Part shown: positions 1 through 13,039 of the stretch, piece by piece | How the letters are laid out: each line of letters starts with the position of its first letter | How positions within the stretch are numbered: position 1 is the first letter of the stretch | Source: Phoronis australis | Lineage: Eukaryota; Animalia; Phoronida | Assembly (NCBI GenBank): GCA_002633005.1 | Contig: NMRA01000135.1 | Location: 466,183 to 530,182, forward strand | Length of the DNA stretch: 64,000 bases | Reading direction: 5' to 3' | Notes under the pieces: model-generated | What the model was told of the DNA's origin: nothing | The model's database searches: none | The model's input: the letters and a program-made list of their open reading frames with translations, nothing else | Made by a program: the position numbers and the translations under genes

Positions 1-2751
1 AGGCTGATTACATTTTATTTAATAAAAAAGAAATTTGACAAAACAAAACCCTTGTGTTCCTTATTGCTTGTTAAACCAAAGAAGCATTAACCACATATCA
101 AGTTATGACAGCAATTCTCCCCTTATTTTAGACAAAAATTTCCAAATTGCCTCAAACTAAAGTTGATTACAGCAAATAATGGAAAATTCTCAAAAGTTAT
201 TTTACGAAATCTGGATACAAATTTTATTAATACTTATATTTGTGAAGAAATTTAACAAAATAAATACCATTTGTCAGTCATAATGTTTGCTAAATAAGTG
301 AAGAATTACTGTATGTTGTCATCTTGTCTTAAAGTCACACTCTTAACCATAACAGGAATAATTCAATTAGCTATCTCTTGCAAACAAATCATTAAAGAGG
401 TCAAAACAAGCACATGTATTTTTCTTTCCTGAAAAAAGAACAGGCACTATAAGAAAACAGTATGCCCGTTTCCATGAGTAATCTGTCTGAAATTCTGATG
501 GTAGTAATATAATGTTGAGTCCTATTTGAAAGAATACCGACGTAAGACAATAGGGACAGAAAGTGTGATGTCACATTACTTGGATAGTCTACAATATTCC
601 TGCCGATCCTCAATATCAGAAGCTGTGACTAGAAAATCTAAAGAAAACCTCATTTTTGCTGTTGCCTGAGCTTCTGATTTTAAAAAGCTTCTTTTGTTGA
701 ATGCTGTCTGTTAGAACAATTGTGATAGTGAAAGTGAATAAGCCACAGCCATATTGTTTGTCTCCAATGTGGAATAGGTCCTTGGGGTGTGACATGATCA
801 CTTTCCATCCATACTTGCTGATATTAACAAGTTTAAATAACTGATTTTAAGGTAGAATCTCATCAATGTCATCAGTGCGAAAATGATTCCGTTACTGTGA
901 GGAATTAGTGCACAACCTTCGTCAAACAATGTCAATTATCATCTCCACTTTCAAAGATTTTGACATGACTGCTTTAATCTGGCAATTTGTGTTCGTTAAC
1001 TCCCCACATGTCTGTAGTGTCGACACTTTCTCAGTCCATGGAACATGGTCTCCCTATAGTGACTTGCCAATGTGAACCTTGTGCAGTCAGAATGATAAGC
1101 TTAATAAGACCTCATCCAAAATAACATATTTTTCATTCTATTCCGATAATTCATGAACTGCTACACAGAAGCATTGATGTTCACACTTAGTGAATATATT
1201 CATTTTCTCTTAAAAGTAATTGCATGGTACAGACTACCTCTGTATTGAAGTCTATTTAATGGTATCAACAATGCATTTCTGCTTGAGGTGTGGTCAGTAT
1301 TTGACGCTTACCCATGGCTTTTATCCACTAAACTGCTGTATTACTTACATATATAGAATTGACCTAAATATCAAACTATGTATCAAATAATTTGACAAAA
1401 AATACTAGTTCATCATGTGAACTTTGATAAAAATTCACATGGCACATTACAAAATTACACTGTATGCAGCTCTTGAGCACACAACCTTTTTCTTGGCTTT
1501 TTCCATTAATTTCAGCAATTAAAAATTATTGAAGCTAATATCTGATGTTACATTTAAGAAGTGAAGTTGCTATACATACCATCTTCATTTTACTTTTTCC
1601 AAAGTGTTGCCAAATTTATCCACATTCCATGGTTTTAACTGTACATGTACGATTCCAGCAGCACAAAGGCCAATAGCCAGAAGGATTGGATCTTATCCGT
1701 TAAAGAGGTCTTGTTTATGAGATAGGGTTACATAGGACACCCATTTGTATACAGTGACAGCTCACTTTTAAGTTCTGCCAGCAACAGCTATTGACCTCAG
1801 CCATGTTAGAGCTGGAGAGTGTTATCAGCAAAATAGTTTAAAAGTCAGTTGAAATGTTTATTTCTAACATTGGGTTATAAATTAGTTGTCAAGGATACCA
1901 CTGAAAAGTAAAATAGGCTAGTGCCTTTCAAACCATTATCCTGGACTCTGAAGAACTGAAGAAGCTGATGGGTGAGATTTGACTTTGACATTACAATTAT
2001 TAACTCTTAAACATTTCTTTATCAAGGACTATTTTTAATTATTTTAACAAGAAATATGATTTTTTCCCAATTACTTCAGTCCTGGTTATGGGAAGTAAAT
2101 TAAAAATACTACTTTATCGATCTCCCTGAAAACACTGCTAAATTTACTAACATTTTGATTAATTCTGTATTTTAGAGGTCTTGATTACCTGGACTTTGCT
2201 TTTAACATCCAATTTGATAATTTAGATGTATTTTTCAAGTCAATGAAGTCTTATTCAAAAACGATTGAAAGCGACTGAAATTTAATAAGGGATCAATCAA
2301 ATTATATAGTTAGACAATAGCTAATTGGCTTTAACTTATAAATATCTTGGACCCTGAACATCAGTAGTGTGACCAGAACTTAAACCTTGAAATTACTATT
2401 ACCTTATCCCTTGAAAGACCTTAAAGAATTGTATTTGACCCATTTGAGGCACACAGAAGGCAAATAGCAGGTTTGTATACCCCATAACCATTTTGTAGAG
2501 TAATGCTATTGTTCATGCTGTGTTGAGGGAGTAGGGGGACACTTGTGATTGGTAAGCATCAGGGTTGACATTGGTAGACAATCATGATTTTGGCCTACTT
2601 TGCATGCAACGACGTTTAAAACAATCCTCGCATACATTTGTGTGGGTTTTAAAAAAGAAATTTGTGACTGTCTAGTTTGTCAAAAATTGATGCTAGAGGG
2701 CGTATATCCTTTGAAACAGTTGTAAATTTATGTTCCATAGAAAACAGCAGT

Positions 2752-4376
2752 TTTTATGCGCTCACATATTTGTATATCAGCGCATATTGCCGTCGTCTTT
2801 GTCTGGGCGTCTGCGGCAGGATCTTATTGAAATTTGGCAGGTGTGTTCCTATGGGGTTGACGACAGAAGGCTAAGAGTTTCACATTGATGCAAATACCGC
2901 TGTGCCCCCTAGTGGCAATTTTAGTTTTTTACGTTTGCCTCTGTCTACAAAGGTTCTCAACAGATTTTCATGAAATTTGACACATAAGGGTCTATTAAAG
3001 AAGTGATGCTATCCTCTCATTTTTGGATGGATTTGTGACATTTGTGCCACCTAGTGGCCATTTTTACTATTTTCGAATCTGGTTTTTGGCGTCGGCCCCT
3101 CGTTCACGCAAACCACTCTAAGAACGATTGCAAAAATTGATATGTGTGTCCTTATTAGGAAGAGGACTGCTGACAATGATTTACCGACGACTGTGGCACC
3201 TCCTATTGGCAGTTTTGTTTGTTTTCGCGCTCATGGCTGTATCTCTTAAACGCTCCACAGGATCTTTATTAAATGTGACAAATGTGTTTATATGATGTTG
3301 ACAACAGACCAAGACATTTGGACAGATCGGACTACAGGTGTGCACCGTAGTGGCAATTTTATTTTTTAAGTTTACCCCAGTCTGTATTTTCACAGGTCCT
3401 CGAAAGATTTCTATAAAATTTGGCACATCTCTTAGCGAGGTGATGCTATCCTCCCATTTTCAGATGGATTTGAGGTATTTTGCACCACCTAGTGGCCATT
3501 TTTACCGTTTTCGATTCTTGTTTTTTAACAGAACCACTCTAAGGATGATTGTGAAAATTGGCATGTATATGTTCTTACTCTGAAGAGGACGGTTGATAAT
3601 GATTTTCTGACGACTTCGACTACTGTGGCGCCTGCTAGTGGCAGTTTTGTTTGTTTTTGCGCTCATGGCTGTATCTCCTAAATGCTCTCCAGGATGTTTA
3701 TTAGATGTAGCAAATGTGTTTGAATGAAGGGAAGACGATCACTTTCAGACGGGTCCAACTCAGGGCCTGGTCCGACTAATACTGCACCCTAGTGGCTATT
3801 TCATTTGGCGAATTGCCATGAAATTTGTTAAATAGCTTTCTTTTAAAGAAACGATGACATTTCCGATTTTCATGTTTTGCCCCATCTAGTGGCCATTTTT
3901 AATGTTTTCTAGTGTGTTTTTGCAGTCAACCCTCTGTCAACCAAACCACACTTGGATGATTGTGAAATTGGCTTATTTATTTGTTAGTCTGAAGAGGATG
4001 GTTGACGATGAATTTCCGGTTTCAATTACTGTGGCGCTTCCTAGTGGCAGTTTTTTGCACCCTTAGCTATATCTCCTAAGCCCTCTGCAGAATGTTTATT
4101 AAATTTTGCAAGTGTATTTATAAGACGATGACAACAGAAAACGACAACTTTCAAACGGATCCGATGAACCTTTTTCTCCTAGAGGCAATTTCACTTTTTC
4201 AGTTATGCTTAAGTTTCATGAGATGTGGTGAACAGCTTTTTACTAAAGAAGGTGACATTTTCCATTTTTTTGGTGGATTCAACATATTTAGCACTATCTG
4301 GTGGCCATTTTCATGATGCCGTTTACAGTGCATTGGTGGGCGTGGGCGCATTTCAACGCTCCCCCTTGCTCTCGTG
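2752..4376 (+). mobile_element. Helentron/HINE-like non-autonomous element with an internal ~145-bp tandem array
   Basis: 5' TTTTATGCGCTCAC head and 3' GTGGGCGCATTTCAACGC...TGCTCTCGT end form an asymmetric subterminal inverted repeat; about 11 monomers inside; homologous to the copies at 9655, 18331 and 47560. Confidence 0.7.
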
Positions 4377-4789
4377 TATTGAAACCATTTACCAAGAACA
4401 CAAAATTTGTCACTTACTTGAATCGCTTTAGACTATAAATACTTTTATGTGCCTATTTACATAATCTGCATGGAAATGAGATTTGGTTTTCATTATATCG
4501 GCTTACTATGAGTCATACATTTAATTAAGCCAACAAATGGAGTTGAAAGAGATCATCAAATGAAGCAAGCAAAATTTTGGAGGGTTGACTACTTGTAGCC
4601 ATTGCAATATACACAGCTGTCTTCCCACTGGAGCTGACGTGTCAGACGGTTAAGTAACCACATAAGCCTGTTCTCAGAATTGCCTAGGCTGAAGTGGGAA
4701 AAAGGTCATTACTGCTGGGCTTTGTGCAACAGTTTCACACAGTGCTATTATTTGTTTTGAAAACCAGTTGTTTTGGTTATGTCTTTTAA

Positions 4790-5295
4790 GGCCCTTTCAT
4801 ATTGACTTAACTCCGGTCTGAGCCGGAGCGTCGACGTAAACAGCGCAGTTAACTGGACCGTTCATACTGGCTTCGGGAGTTAAATGACCATCGAAGTAAA
4901 GGGTTGGTGACCCTGACGTCATCGAAGTTATCGCAAGGTAGCGCTGCACGCTAAGATTTTTTTTAATGTGACAATTTGGAACATTTAAATGTGCTAAATG
5001 ACATAAAACTCATTTTTAAATCGATTGGTTATCATTAAACCCAAAAATAAGTAGTTATTAGTGACGGCACTACTCTGTAACTGTTGATGATAACAGTGGC
5101 ACCTGGCGATAACTTCGATTGGACCGGAGTTAAGCGTTCATACTGCACCGCAGCGTCGACGCTGCGGTCTTAAATCCACCTATTAACTGCGATGTTAACT
5201 GGAGCTCTTAACTGCGATCCAGGACCGGAGTTAAGCGTTCATACTGACCGCAACTCCCCAAACCATCGACGCATCGACGTTAGTATGAAAGGCCC
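4790..5295. mobile_element. MITE with TIRs GG(C/G)CCTTTCATA and TTAA flanks (Harbinger- or Kolobok-like)
   Basis: ttaa|ggccctttcatattgac ... gttagtatgaaaggccc|ttaa; internal repeats ggaccggagttaagcgttcatactg. Confidence 0.8.
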
Positions 5296-6685
5296 TTAAG
5301 AGAGGTTAATATGTTAATGTCACAGCTGTGTGTGTCTGTGTGTTTTACACTCTCTGTAGTATTGGTACCCTGTTGTGACAACTGCTGATTAATATTAAAC
5401 AAAGTCTGCAAAATCCACTGCCCTGTATCAATTACCTATCTGCCTGTGTTCAGAGAAACAAAGAAACACTAATTGTAACAATTTGTTCATAAAATATCTG
5501 AGTGTTAGAGAAAATAGTATATCAAGCAACTTTGACTTTGCACTAGACCCACTATCAAAGATTTTACTATCTAAGAGTTGCTATGAATGTGAGGAAATCT
5601 TTTGATATGAAATCAGCTTCATGTTTTTAAAATACATTCCTTTAGTAAATGATTGAGCAACTATGAATGCTTGACTAAATGAAAGATGATGGTTCATGTT
5701 ACTTGTGCTATAATATTTATGTGAGTAATGTAATTTGCAGATAGGCCTATCATTACATTCATGAATTTTAACTTCAAGAAGACTACTCCATCCAGCAGTT
5801 CACCCAAAATGCCCTTTTCAGCATTGAAACTGCTGACGTTCATTTATTAGTAGTTGCAATGTAAATATATTTTGTTCCATCTTAGCTGACTTATATAATT
5901 TACATTACGTATGTATTTAGGGAAAAGGTACCAATATCAGTTGTTGAGTGACGTGCCCTTGCATTATAATAATAGTCATTGCAATAAAGAAGCCACCATT
6001 TCCTAAATCATAGTCTTTCCCTTATGTACAGTAAATGATTTTTCTGGCTTTTAAACATTATCACTCTGACATGATTTAATTATGGTCTTTATATTTGTGA
6101 AAAAACTGATATAGAATCCAATTTGGAGGAAACACATTCCATGAACAACTTTTTATTTTTGCCACAGAATACTGAACTGAAATTGACATTTCACAGTTCT
6201 GTGAAGACAAGAGTCAAATGGAAGTTTCACATCTGTGAGTGGCTCAATCATGAAATTAATTTTTTTATTTTGTATTTAGTAAACTTTCACCTTCCAAACA
6301 TAGTGCCTTCAACAAAAACACAGTCAGGCTCAGAATTTGTTATTCAGAGGATCACATTTCAGCTGTTTTTTGAAAAACGGAAAGGGCTAAGGTAGCTATT
6401 AAGTAGTTCGTGTGCTGTTTTCTCAAAATTTCAGCTTGTGCCACAATTCTGGTTTCCAAGTCTAGGTGGTGAGGTTTTGACAAGCCAGCTAGTTGAAAGA
6501 GTAAGAACTGAGGTGTATTTGAAGTGGGTTGAATTATGAAAATATCAATACAAGTTTTCCTTGTTTGCAAATTTTCAATTAAAGGTTATTCGTAAATAAA
6601 ACTGCACTGCCAAGTGTAATAATAATTGCAATAATGGTGATTACAAGAATGATTATCACTGTAACTAATTTTATTTTCAACGTCA

Positions 6686-7010
6686 TTTTATTGCCGCATA
6701 TTCTCGGCATTGGTCCTACCAGTGCATGTTTTTGTGAATGGATGTTTATGTGAATGGATGTTTGAATGAATGGATGTTTGAGTGAACAGATGTGAAGAAA
6801 TTTGCGGTCATGTTACCAGAAGAAACTCTCTGCCAACGAAATTTTTGCAAAGGAAACGACACTTGAACGAATGTCCTGAATCACAATTTCTCAGTCAAAA
6901 AATATTTAGTTCATACATATAACCCAGAATTTATAGCATTATAGCTGGGTTTACATTGCAGAGAAATTGTACCTCGTGACATGTTGGTAACAGGCAATAT
7001 ATATAGATTA
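6686..7010 (+). mobile_element. Small HINE-like element with a (TGAATGGATGTT)n tract
   Basis: 5' ttttattgcc and 3' ggcaatatatatagatt subterminal inverted repeat, short tandem tract at 6735-6795. Confidence 0.45.
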
Positions 7011-7011
7011 T

Positions 7012-7245
7012 TAAATGGCGAAGTCGTTATCCCCCCGTTATCTAGAGCCCGAGTGGATTTTGGTGAATTATCGCCCGAGGGGCGTTAGCCCCGAGGGTGA
7101 TCAGTCGCTGCGTGGTGTAGTGGTAAAGTCGGCGACCAGCAATATTAGGGTCCCGGGTTCGACCCCGTCCTCGGTTTCTCGCCAAATCGTTATCTCACTA
7201 GTGAGATAACTTTATGGGTTATTACACGGTTGTATCTGCCATTTG
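7012..7245 (+). mobile_element. Hairpin-rich element containing a tRNA-derived SINE-like head (7107-7175)
   Basis: AAATGGC/GCCATTT ends; hairpin at 7071-7100; A-box TGGTGTAGTGG and B-box GGTTCGACCC; 22-bp palindrome at 7189-7210. Confidence 0.55.
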
Positions 7246-9059
7246 ACGCTAATATTGTGGTATAAAAAACAGAAACAACACAGACAATGCAACAATTGAA
7301 ATTAATCAAGTTCTTAATTAAACAAAAGGAGCAAGAAAAAGAAGTGGTAAAAGAAAGCTAATTTGGAACTGATAGTACAACTAGTTTTTAAAATGGCTAA
7401 TAAAGATATATTCTGACACACATTAAGTTAAATAGTGTTAAAAAATACATAAAAATATTGCTGCCGCACAGTAAAAAATTGCGCGATCAGACATTTGTTA
7501 AATTTAAATGAAAAGATCCAAATATCATCATGTAAATTCTCGGAGTGGAAGACCAATTGGTGTTGATGATTGTTATGGCAGTTCTCCAAAGATAAATTTG
7601 TTTTTTTGTAGTGAGTGAAATTTTGCTTTGGAAGTAAGGATTTGATTTTAATTTTAGGATGAATTACTAGTAACTCTGACTAAATTTCTTAATGTCACAC
7701 ATACTGGGACTGTAGTCTTTCTAAAGGCTTGAAGGTAATTAAAGGGAATACATAATTCAGAGAGTTATCTTAATTCAAAATTATTTCTACAAATATTATG
7801 TTTATATTTATAAAACAGGTTGAATTAGAATAATTATTAAAGCAAAGCCACTAGTGACTTTAAATAGTATTGGGTAAGTAAAGAAATGCCACTAATAGTA
7901 GTGGATAGGGTAACCCAGTTGAGTGTATCTAATGTTTTTATTTCACTTTATTCTTTAATAACCCCAGTAATAGATAGGACAGTCTGGCTGTGCAACTTCT
8001 CAAGTCTCATTGGATTATAAATCTTTGTTAGGGTGTACATGATGACTACTAGTTTCAAAGTGCAACTGCTTTTTATTCAGTTCTTGAGGAACTGTAAATT
8101 TCCTACATTCATGCACCCTAGCAATATCCTACATAAAATAGAACATGTTGTAATGAAGCAAAAGGATGACTGATAATTTCAATTGTGATATTTGAGAAAA
8201 ACAATCTGAAAAGAATACCATATCAAGTTATTCATCTGTTAATGAGAATGGTTGCCAAAACAACCAAAAATTTCAATAGAACTTGGTATGACAAAGTGAC
8301 AGAAAAGTTTATGCCATATTCATTGCATTATGCAGTGTCTGGGATTTCGAGTTGTTAATGCGAAAAAAAAATCCTATCAGCATTACAACTTTTATAAGAG
8401 CAAGAGGCTGTAAAGAGTGAAATGTGGCTTTAACTATGCGAAGAACATCAACCACTTGAAAGTCCTGGAGGTTACACCAGATGGTCTTAGTCATGAGACT
8501 AGGCTGACTCTTGCTTATCTACTGTGTTTATACTTTGATTCCTGGCACACCATATAACTGACATGCAAAGGAATTTCAGAATCTTGAGGTCAGCAGTCAG
8601 TGTTCAGCTGAGGTAAAATTAGGTCAGCATATGCCCAGTTTGAAACAGAAAAAGCTGTAAACACTGTTGAGATAGGTCATTTTAAAATTTTGTGCAAGGC
8701 TTACACTCCAATGCCTACAAGAGGTCTGAGCCGCACAATGTATCTCCTCTAGCAATACCAGACAGTGTTTTTACTATGACGTATAAGTGTACACATTTTT
8801 TAAATTGGATAATTGGACCAATGAACAACCAAGCTTCATTCCACAGAAAAAATTAGTTTCATAAGTTCTATAATAAAAGCGCATTTCGCCACTGTTTAGA
8901 TGCCAATGTTGAATTTTTAATCCAAGCACTTTGGGTTAACAAAAATTGTCATACTCATCCAATATTGAATTGTTGCTGAATGATCCTACAAATCAAGTTA
9001 CAGACAATACAAACACATGCCATTTTCGAGTTCACAGCTTTAGGTTGGACTACTGAATA

Positions 9060-9592
9060 ACCTGAAATGCATTTTCAACATTATTTCAAATGAACTTTTA
9101 TCATGGAAATGAACAATTGATAAGAAAAATAAATTGTGCAGGGTTTCAGGTAGCCTTGTGAAAGAGCTCACAGTCATGTCAAGTTTAGGGTATACCTGAA
9201 TGGCCTTGCATGACTTGACTTCATCTAGTCTGGCTTGGGTACACCCCAAACCATTTTGGGTGTACTCAAAATTGTTTGTGTATTCAGCTCTCAGGCTTTG
9301 AGTACACCCCAAATCATTTTGGGTGTACTCATAAAATTGTGTTTGTGTATTCAGTTTAGTAGCTCTGGGTACATCCCAAACCATTTTGGGTGTACTCAAA
9401 ATTGTGTTTGTGTATTCAGTTTAGTAGCTCTGGGTGTACCCCCAACCATTTTGGGTGTACTAATAAAATTGTGTTGGTGTATTCTGCTCTCAGGCTCTGA
9501 GCACACCCCAAATCATTTTGGGTGTACTCATAAAATTGCGTTTGTGCATCTTGCTCTCAGGGTCGGGGCACATCCCGAATCATTTTTTCAGT
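9060..9592 (+). repeat. Repeat element with a ~180-bp unique arm and a ~62-bp minisatellite (gggtacaccccaaa.cattttgggtgtactca...) in about 6 copies
   Basis: Tandem units visible at 9237-9590; inverted homologue at 20040-20520. Confidence 0.85.
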
Positions 9593-9654
9593 GATTGTCT
9601 TTCTGTTGGAGATTAAAATATAGTAGGCCAGATGTGTAGAAACACATCAATTTT

Positions 9655-10400
9655 ATTTTTATGGGCCCACATATTTATATGTGGTCGCATATTGCTATCA
9701 TCTCTGTCTGGGCATCTGGCATCCTCAGCTGTATCTCATAAACCCCTTACAGGATCTGGATGAGATTTGGCAAGTGTGTTCATGTCAAGCTGACAACGGA
9801 TGACAACAAATTTCGGAGCTCTCCAACTACCGGTGTGCCCCCTAGTGACAATATTAGTTTTTACGTTTACCTCTGTATCTTTGGAGGTCCTGAACGGATT
9901 TTCATAAAATTTAGCATTTAGGCATCTATTTGTGAGATTATGCCATCCTCCCGTTTTTGGATGGATTCGAGGTACTTTGCACCACCAAGTGGTCATTTTT
10001 TGTTGTTTTCGAGTCCGTTTTTGGCGTCCGCCCTTCTATCAGCCAAACCGCTCTGGGGATGATTTTGAAAATTTGGGGATATGTTCTTACTGTGTTGAGG
10101 GCGGCTGACGACAATTTTCCGACTTCGACTACTGTGGCGCCTCCTAGTGGCAGTTTGTTTGCACCCATGGCTGAATCTCCTTAACCGTTTACAGCATCTT
10201 TTACTTAATGTAGCAAGTACATTTATGTGACGTTGACAACAAGTGATGATGACTTCAAAGGTCCTCAAAGGACTTAAAAAATTTGGAATATAGACATGTT
10301 ATTGGTAAAGTGATGCTATCCTGCGGTTTTCTGATGGATTTGAGGTATTTTGCTCTACCTAATGGCCATTTTTACTGTTTTCAAGTTTTTTTTTGTATAT
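9655..10400 (+). mobile_element. HINE-like element of the same family, 3'-truncated
   Basis: Head tttttatgggcccacatatttatatgtggtcgcatattgc followed by 4 monomers. Confidence 0.68.
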
Positions 10401-11151
10401 GTTCCTCTACAAACCTGTCCTCGTGCTTTTGACTAGATAAACACTAAGTAAATCAATGTCAATCAGACAAAAATACGATCTCTGTCACGAATAATAAATA
10501 GGCCACCAAAGTGCAGCTAAAAGTACCTGTAAGTCGACAGAACAACATTCATGTGGCTAGTAAATCTTGAATACCTCGAGAAAGGTAGGTTATAGTGTGA
10601 AATGGATGGCACAATGCAAGTAGCACTATCTACCATATATACTGGCTTTAACCAAGATGGTGAAAATGGTCTCTACAGTGCCATCTTGCATATGATTTCA
10701 ACCAAATACAATAGGCTTCGAGCTACTCACGATACACGTTTTGCGTAAATTCCACACTTATTGGAAAAGAAATGTGACCCGTAATAAATTTAATTAAATC
10801 CAATTTTATCATAATTCATATAATCCATTTCTGAATTCATATGAATGGTACATGATGTTTCACAAAAATTCACATTTTAATACACAATTGATATAATTTT
10901 CATCCACGTTTTTTCACCAGTGAAGAGAAATTTATGTGATTTCTAATTACTAAACAATGATGTATGATAAGGAGGTTGTCCATGAATTCATTTTGTCATC
11001 AGCCTGATATGAATTATCAACCGAAATGAGGGTTTCCCCTTGATTGCAGTGAGATTGATAATGAATAGATAGTCAGGAAAAATAAACAACCCAGCAATTA
11101 CTTTTAATCAAAATTGAAAGGTTTTTACCAACTGTGACTGCATGCCTATAA

Positions 11152-11402
11152 AGTAATTATTTCTTGTTGAATGAAATCAAATATTATACAGCATATATCC
11201 ACATTAAGTTCAGTGTACAATCTTACCAATCCAGCTGTATTATAAGTCCTGGAGTAACAGGCAGTTTGAAAAGGCCNAGTAATTATTTCTTGTTGAATGA
11301 AATCAAATATTATACAGCATATATCTACATTAAGTTCAGTGTACAATCTTACCAGTCCAGCTGTATTTTAAGTCCTGGAGTAACAGGCAGTTTGAAAAGG
11401 CC
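11152..11402. repeat. ~125-bp tandem duplication around the N at 11277
   Basis: Near-identical copies on either side of the N. Confidence 0.9.
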
Positions 11403-11849
11403 GCTTAAGTTCGTAACCTTGACAACTAACTGATAAGGCATGTTTTAGATAAACATTTCAAGAGGTTGGATTTTGTTGAGGTTGGGGAGATCCCAGTTGC
11501 AATCAAATTGTCTGCCACAATCTGTCCAACTGCTTTCATGGTGCAATTTGGTGAGCACATTCTAAGAACGTTTTCACCTCGCACTTACATTTAATTGAAA
11601 CAGGTCCTAAAAAGTATGGGACATGTAGGTTTTTGAGAATCAAGATATGAAATAACACAAGTTAAAACTTTGATTTTAAAATCAGAGCAACTATTTGATA
11701 CTTGACATTTAAAGCCAGTTACCACTCAATAAAATTACAACACAGTACTTATCGATTGTGATATACCGAGACAATTTTTCATTTTATCATTACTTGTTTT
11801 TTATGTTATTGTTTGTTAACACACATTATACAGTTGTTGTTGCGGATGT

Positions 11850-12008
11850 CAGTGGCGAATTTAGAGGGGGGGCCAAGGGGGCCATGGCCCCCCTAAAATT
11901 CTACCAGATTACATTTGGCAGTTCGTGGGTGCGAAATGTCTGACTGGCAAAATCCTGTCTAATACCCTGCCCTGGCCCCCCCAACTCAAAATCCTGGATC
12001 CGCCCCTG
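11850..12008. mobile_element. Short hAT-like MITE with 5-bp TSD GATGT
   Basis: gatgt|cagtggcgaatttag ... cctggatccgcccctg|gatgt. Confidence 0.75.
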
Positions 12009-12378
12009 GATGTCTTCTTGCTTTTAAAACTATTTCATTTTATGATATTGCATTTTATTACATAAATTAGTATGGTAATGCCTTAAGCCCAACTGTACTG
12101 TATTTGAAGAATTACTGTTTCAGCATGGTAACATAAGGATTACATTAATTAAGTCATACATATCAGCCTATTCCAATTTTTGACTAACCTCTTAAATTTT
12201 TGCGTAATGACTTCTAGAAATTTGATCGTGTGATTGATAGTGATGTGTTTTATCTATGTACCCACCTTTTCTGCCAAATTTTACAATAAGACATGATCCC
12301 ATGACCTTCTTTAACAAAGTCAGTTTGTTTGACACTGACCCGGGCTTACGAATTCTGCAACTTCAATAGAGTCTGTGG

Positions 12379-12399
12379 TATATATATATATATATATAT
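12379..12399. repeat. (TA)n microsatellite
   Basis: Direct reading. Confidence 0.95.
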
Positions 12400-13039
12400 T
12401 CTGTGCTCCAAAATGGTGTTGAACTTGATTTTTCTCAATTAAAAGTATCATTTTGCACAAGGTACCATCAGAAATAGAGACATGAATTATTTTATAAAAG
12501 CACTTATTTTTAGTTTGAAGTTACTCATCCTTTAAGGTTTTCCTGTTCATGATTTATTCCAAGTTGGTGGTCTTGAGATGTGGGCATTGAGCTCTGGCTG
12601 ACACCTACCACATAATTAATGGTTAGTTAGTTCCTGGAATTTCACTGAAATCTATTTAATGGGTCTATGGGCTGGAGTGAAGTTACAACTGCAGTATAGA
12701 GACTGAATGGGTCCAAAATTTTTGGCCTGACCTTCAACAACAATAAAGAATCATTAAATGCCAATAAAAGAACTCGAAAATGACAATCCTGCTGTTTTAT
12801 CACATCAAAAACTGTGAAGTAAGAGAATAATTACCACTTGTGAATGCATATAATTACTTGGACAAATAAGTGCATGATTTCCACATGCGAGTGGCTGGTG
12901 TTTCCAAGTTGAGTTTATATGGGTAATTTTTCGTAAACTGGACGGTAGGCCTATTTCACTGTTCCGCATGCACCACGAAAATGTGAAAATCTGTGTCACT
13001 GCATTTCCTCAACAAGATTTTTTTATGGCATAGAGATAT

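Noticed and set aside
401-1100. Degenerate transposase or other coding remnant
   Set aside because: All frames examined are interrupted and no motif could be recognised.
1918-1971. Exon-like stretch ASAFQTIILDSEELKKLM followed by gtgaga
   Set aside because: The acceptor is purine-rich, there is no recognisable homology and no partner exons were found.
4560-4652. Possible RANGRF first exon (KILGG...CLPTGADVSD resembles LFGG...LPxGAxDVSD)
   Set aside because: There is no in-frame ATG after the upstream stop, the spacing is wrong and the donor is weak; probably chance.
7107-7175. tRNA gene
   Set aside because: A and B boxes are present but the acceptor and anticodon stems do not pair properly; treated as a SINE-like head.
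9237-9590. Regularly spaced repeats resembling a CRISPR array, with ORFs on both strands
   Set aside because: The intervening segments are homologous to each other (a minisatellite), the context is eukaryotic and there are no cas genes; the ORFs arise from the repeat.
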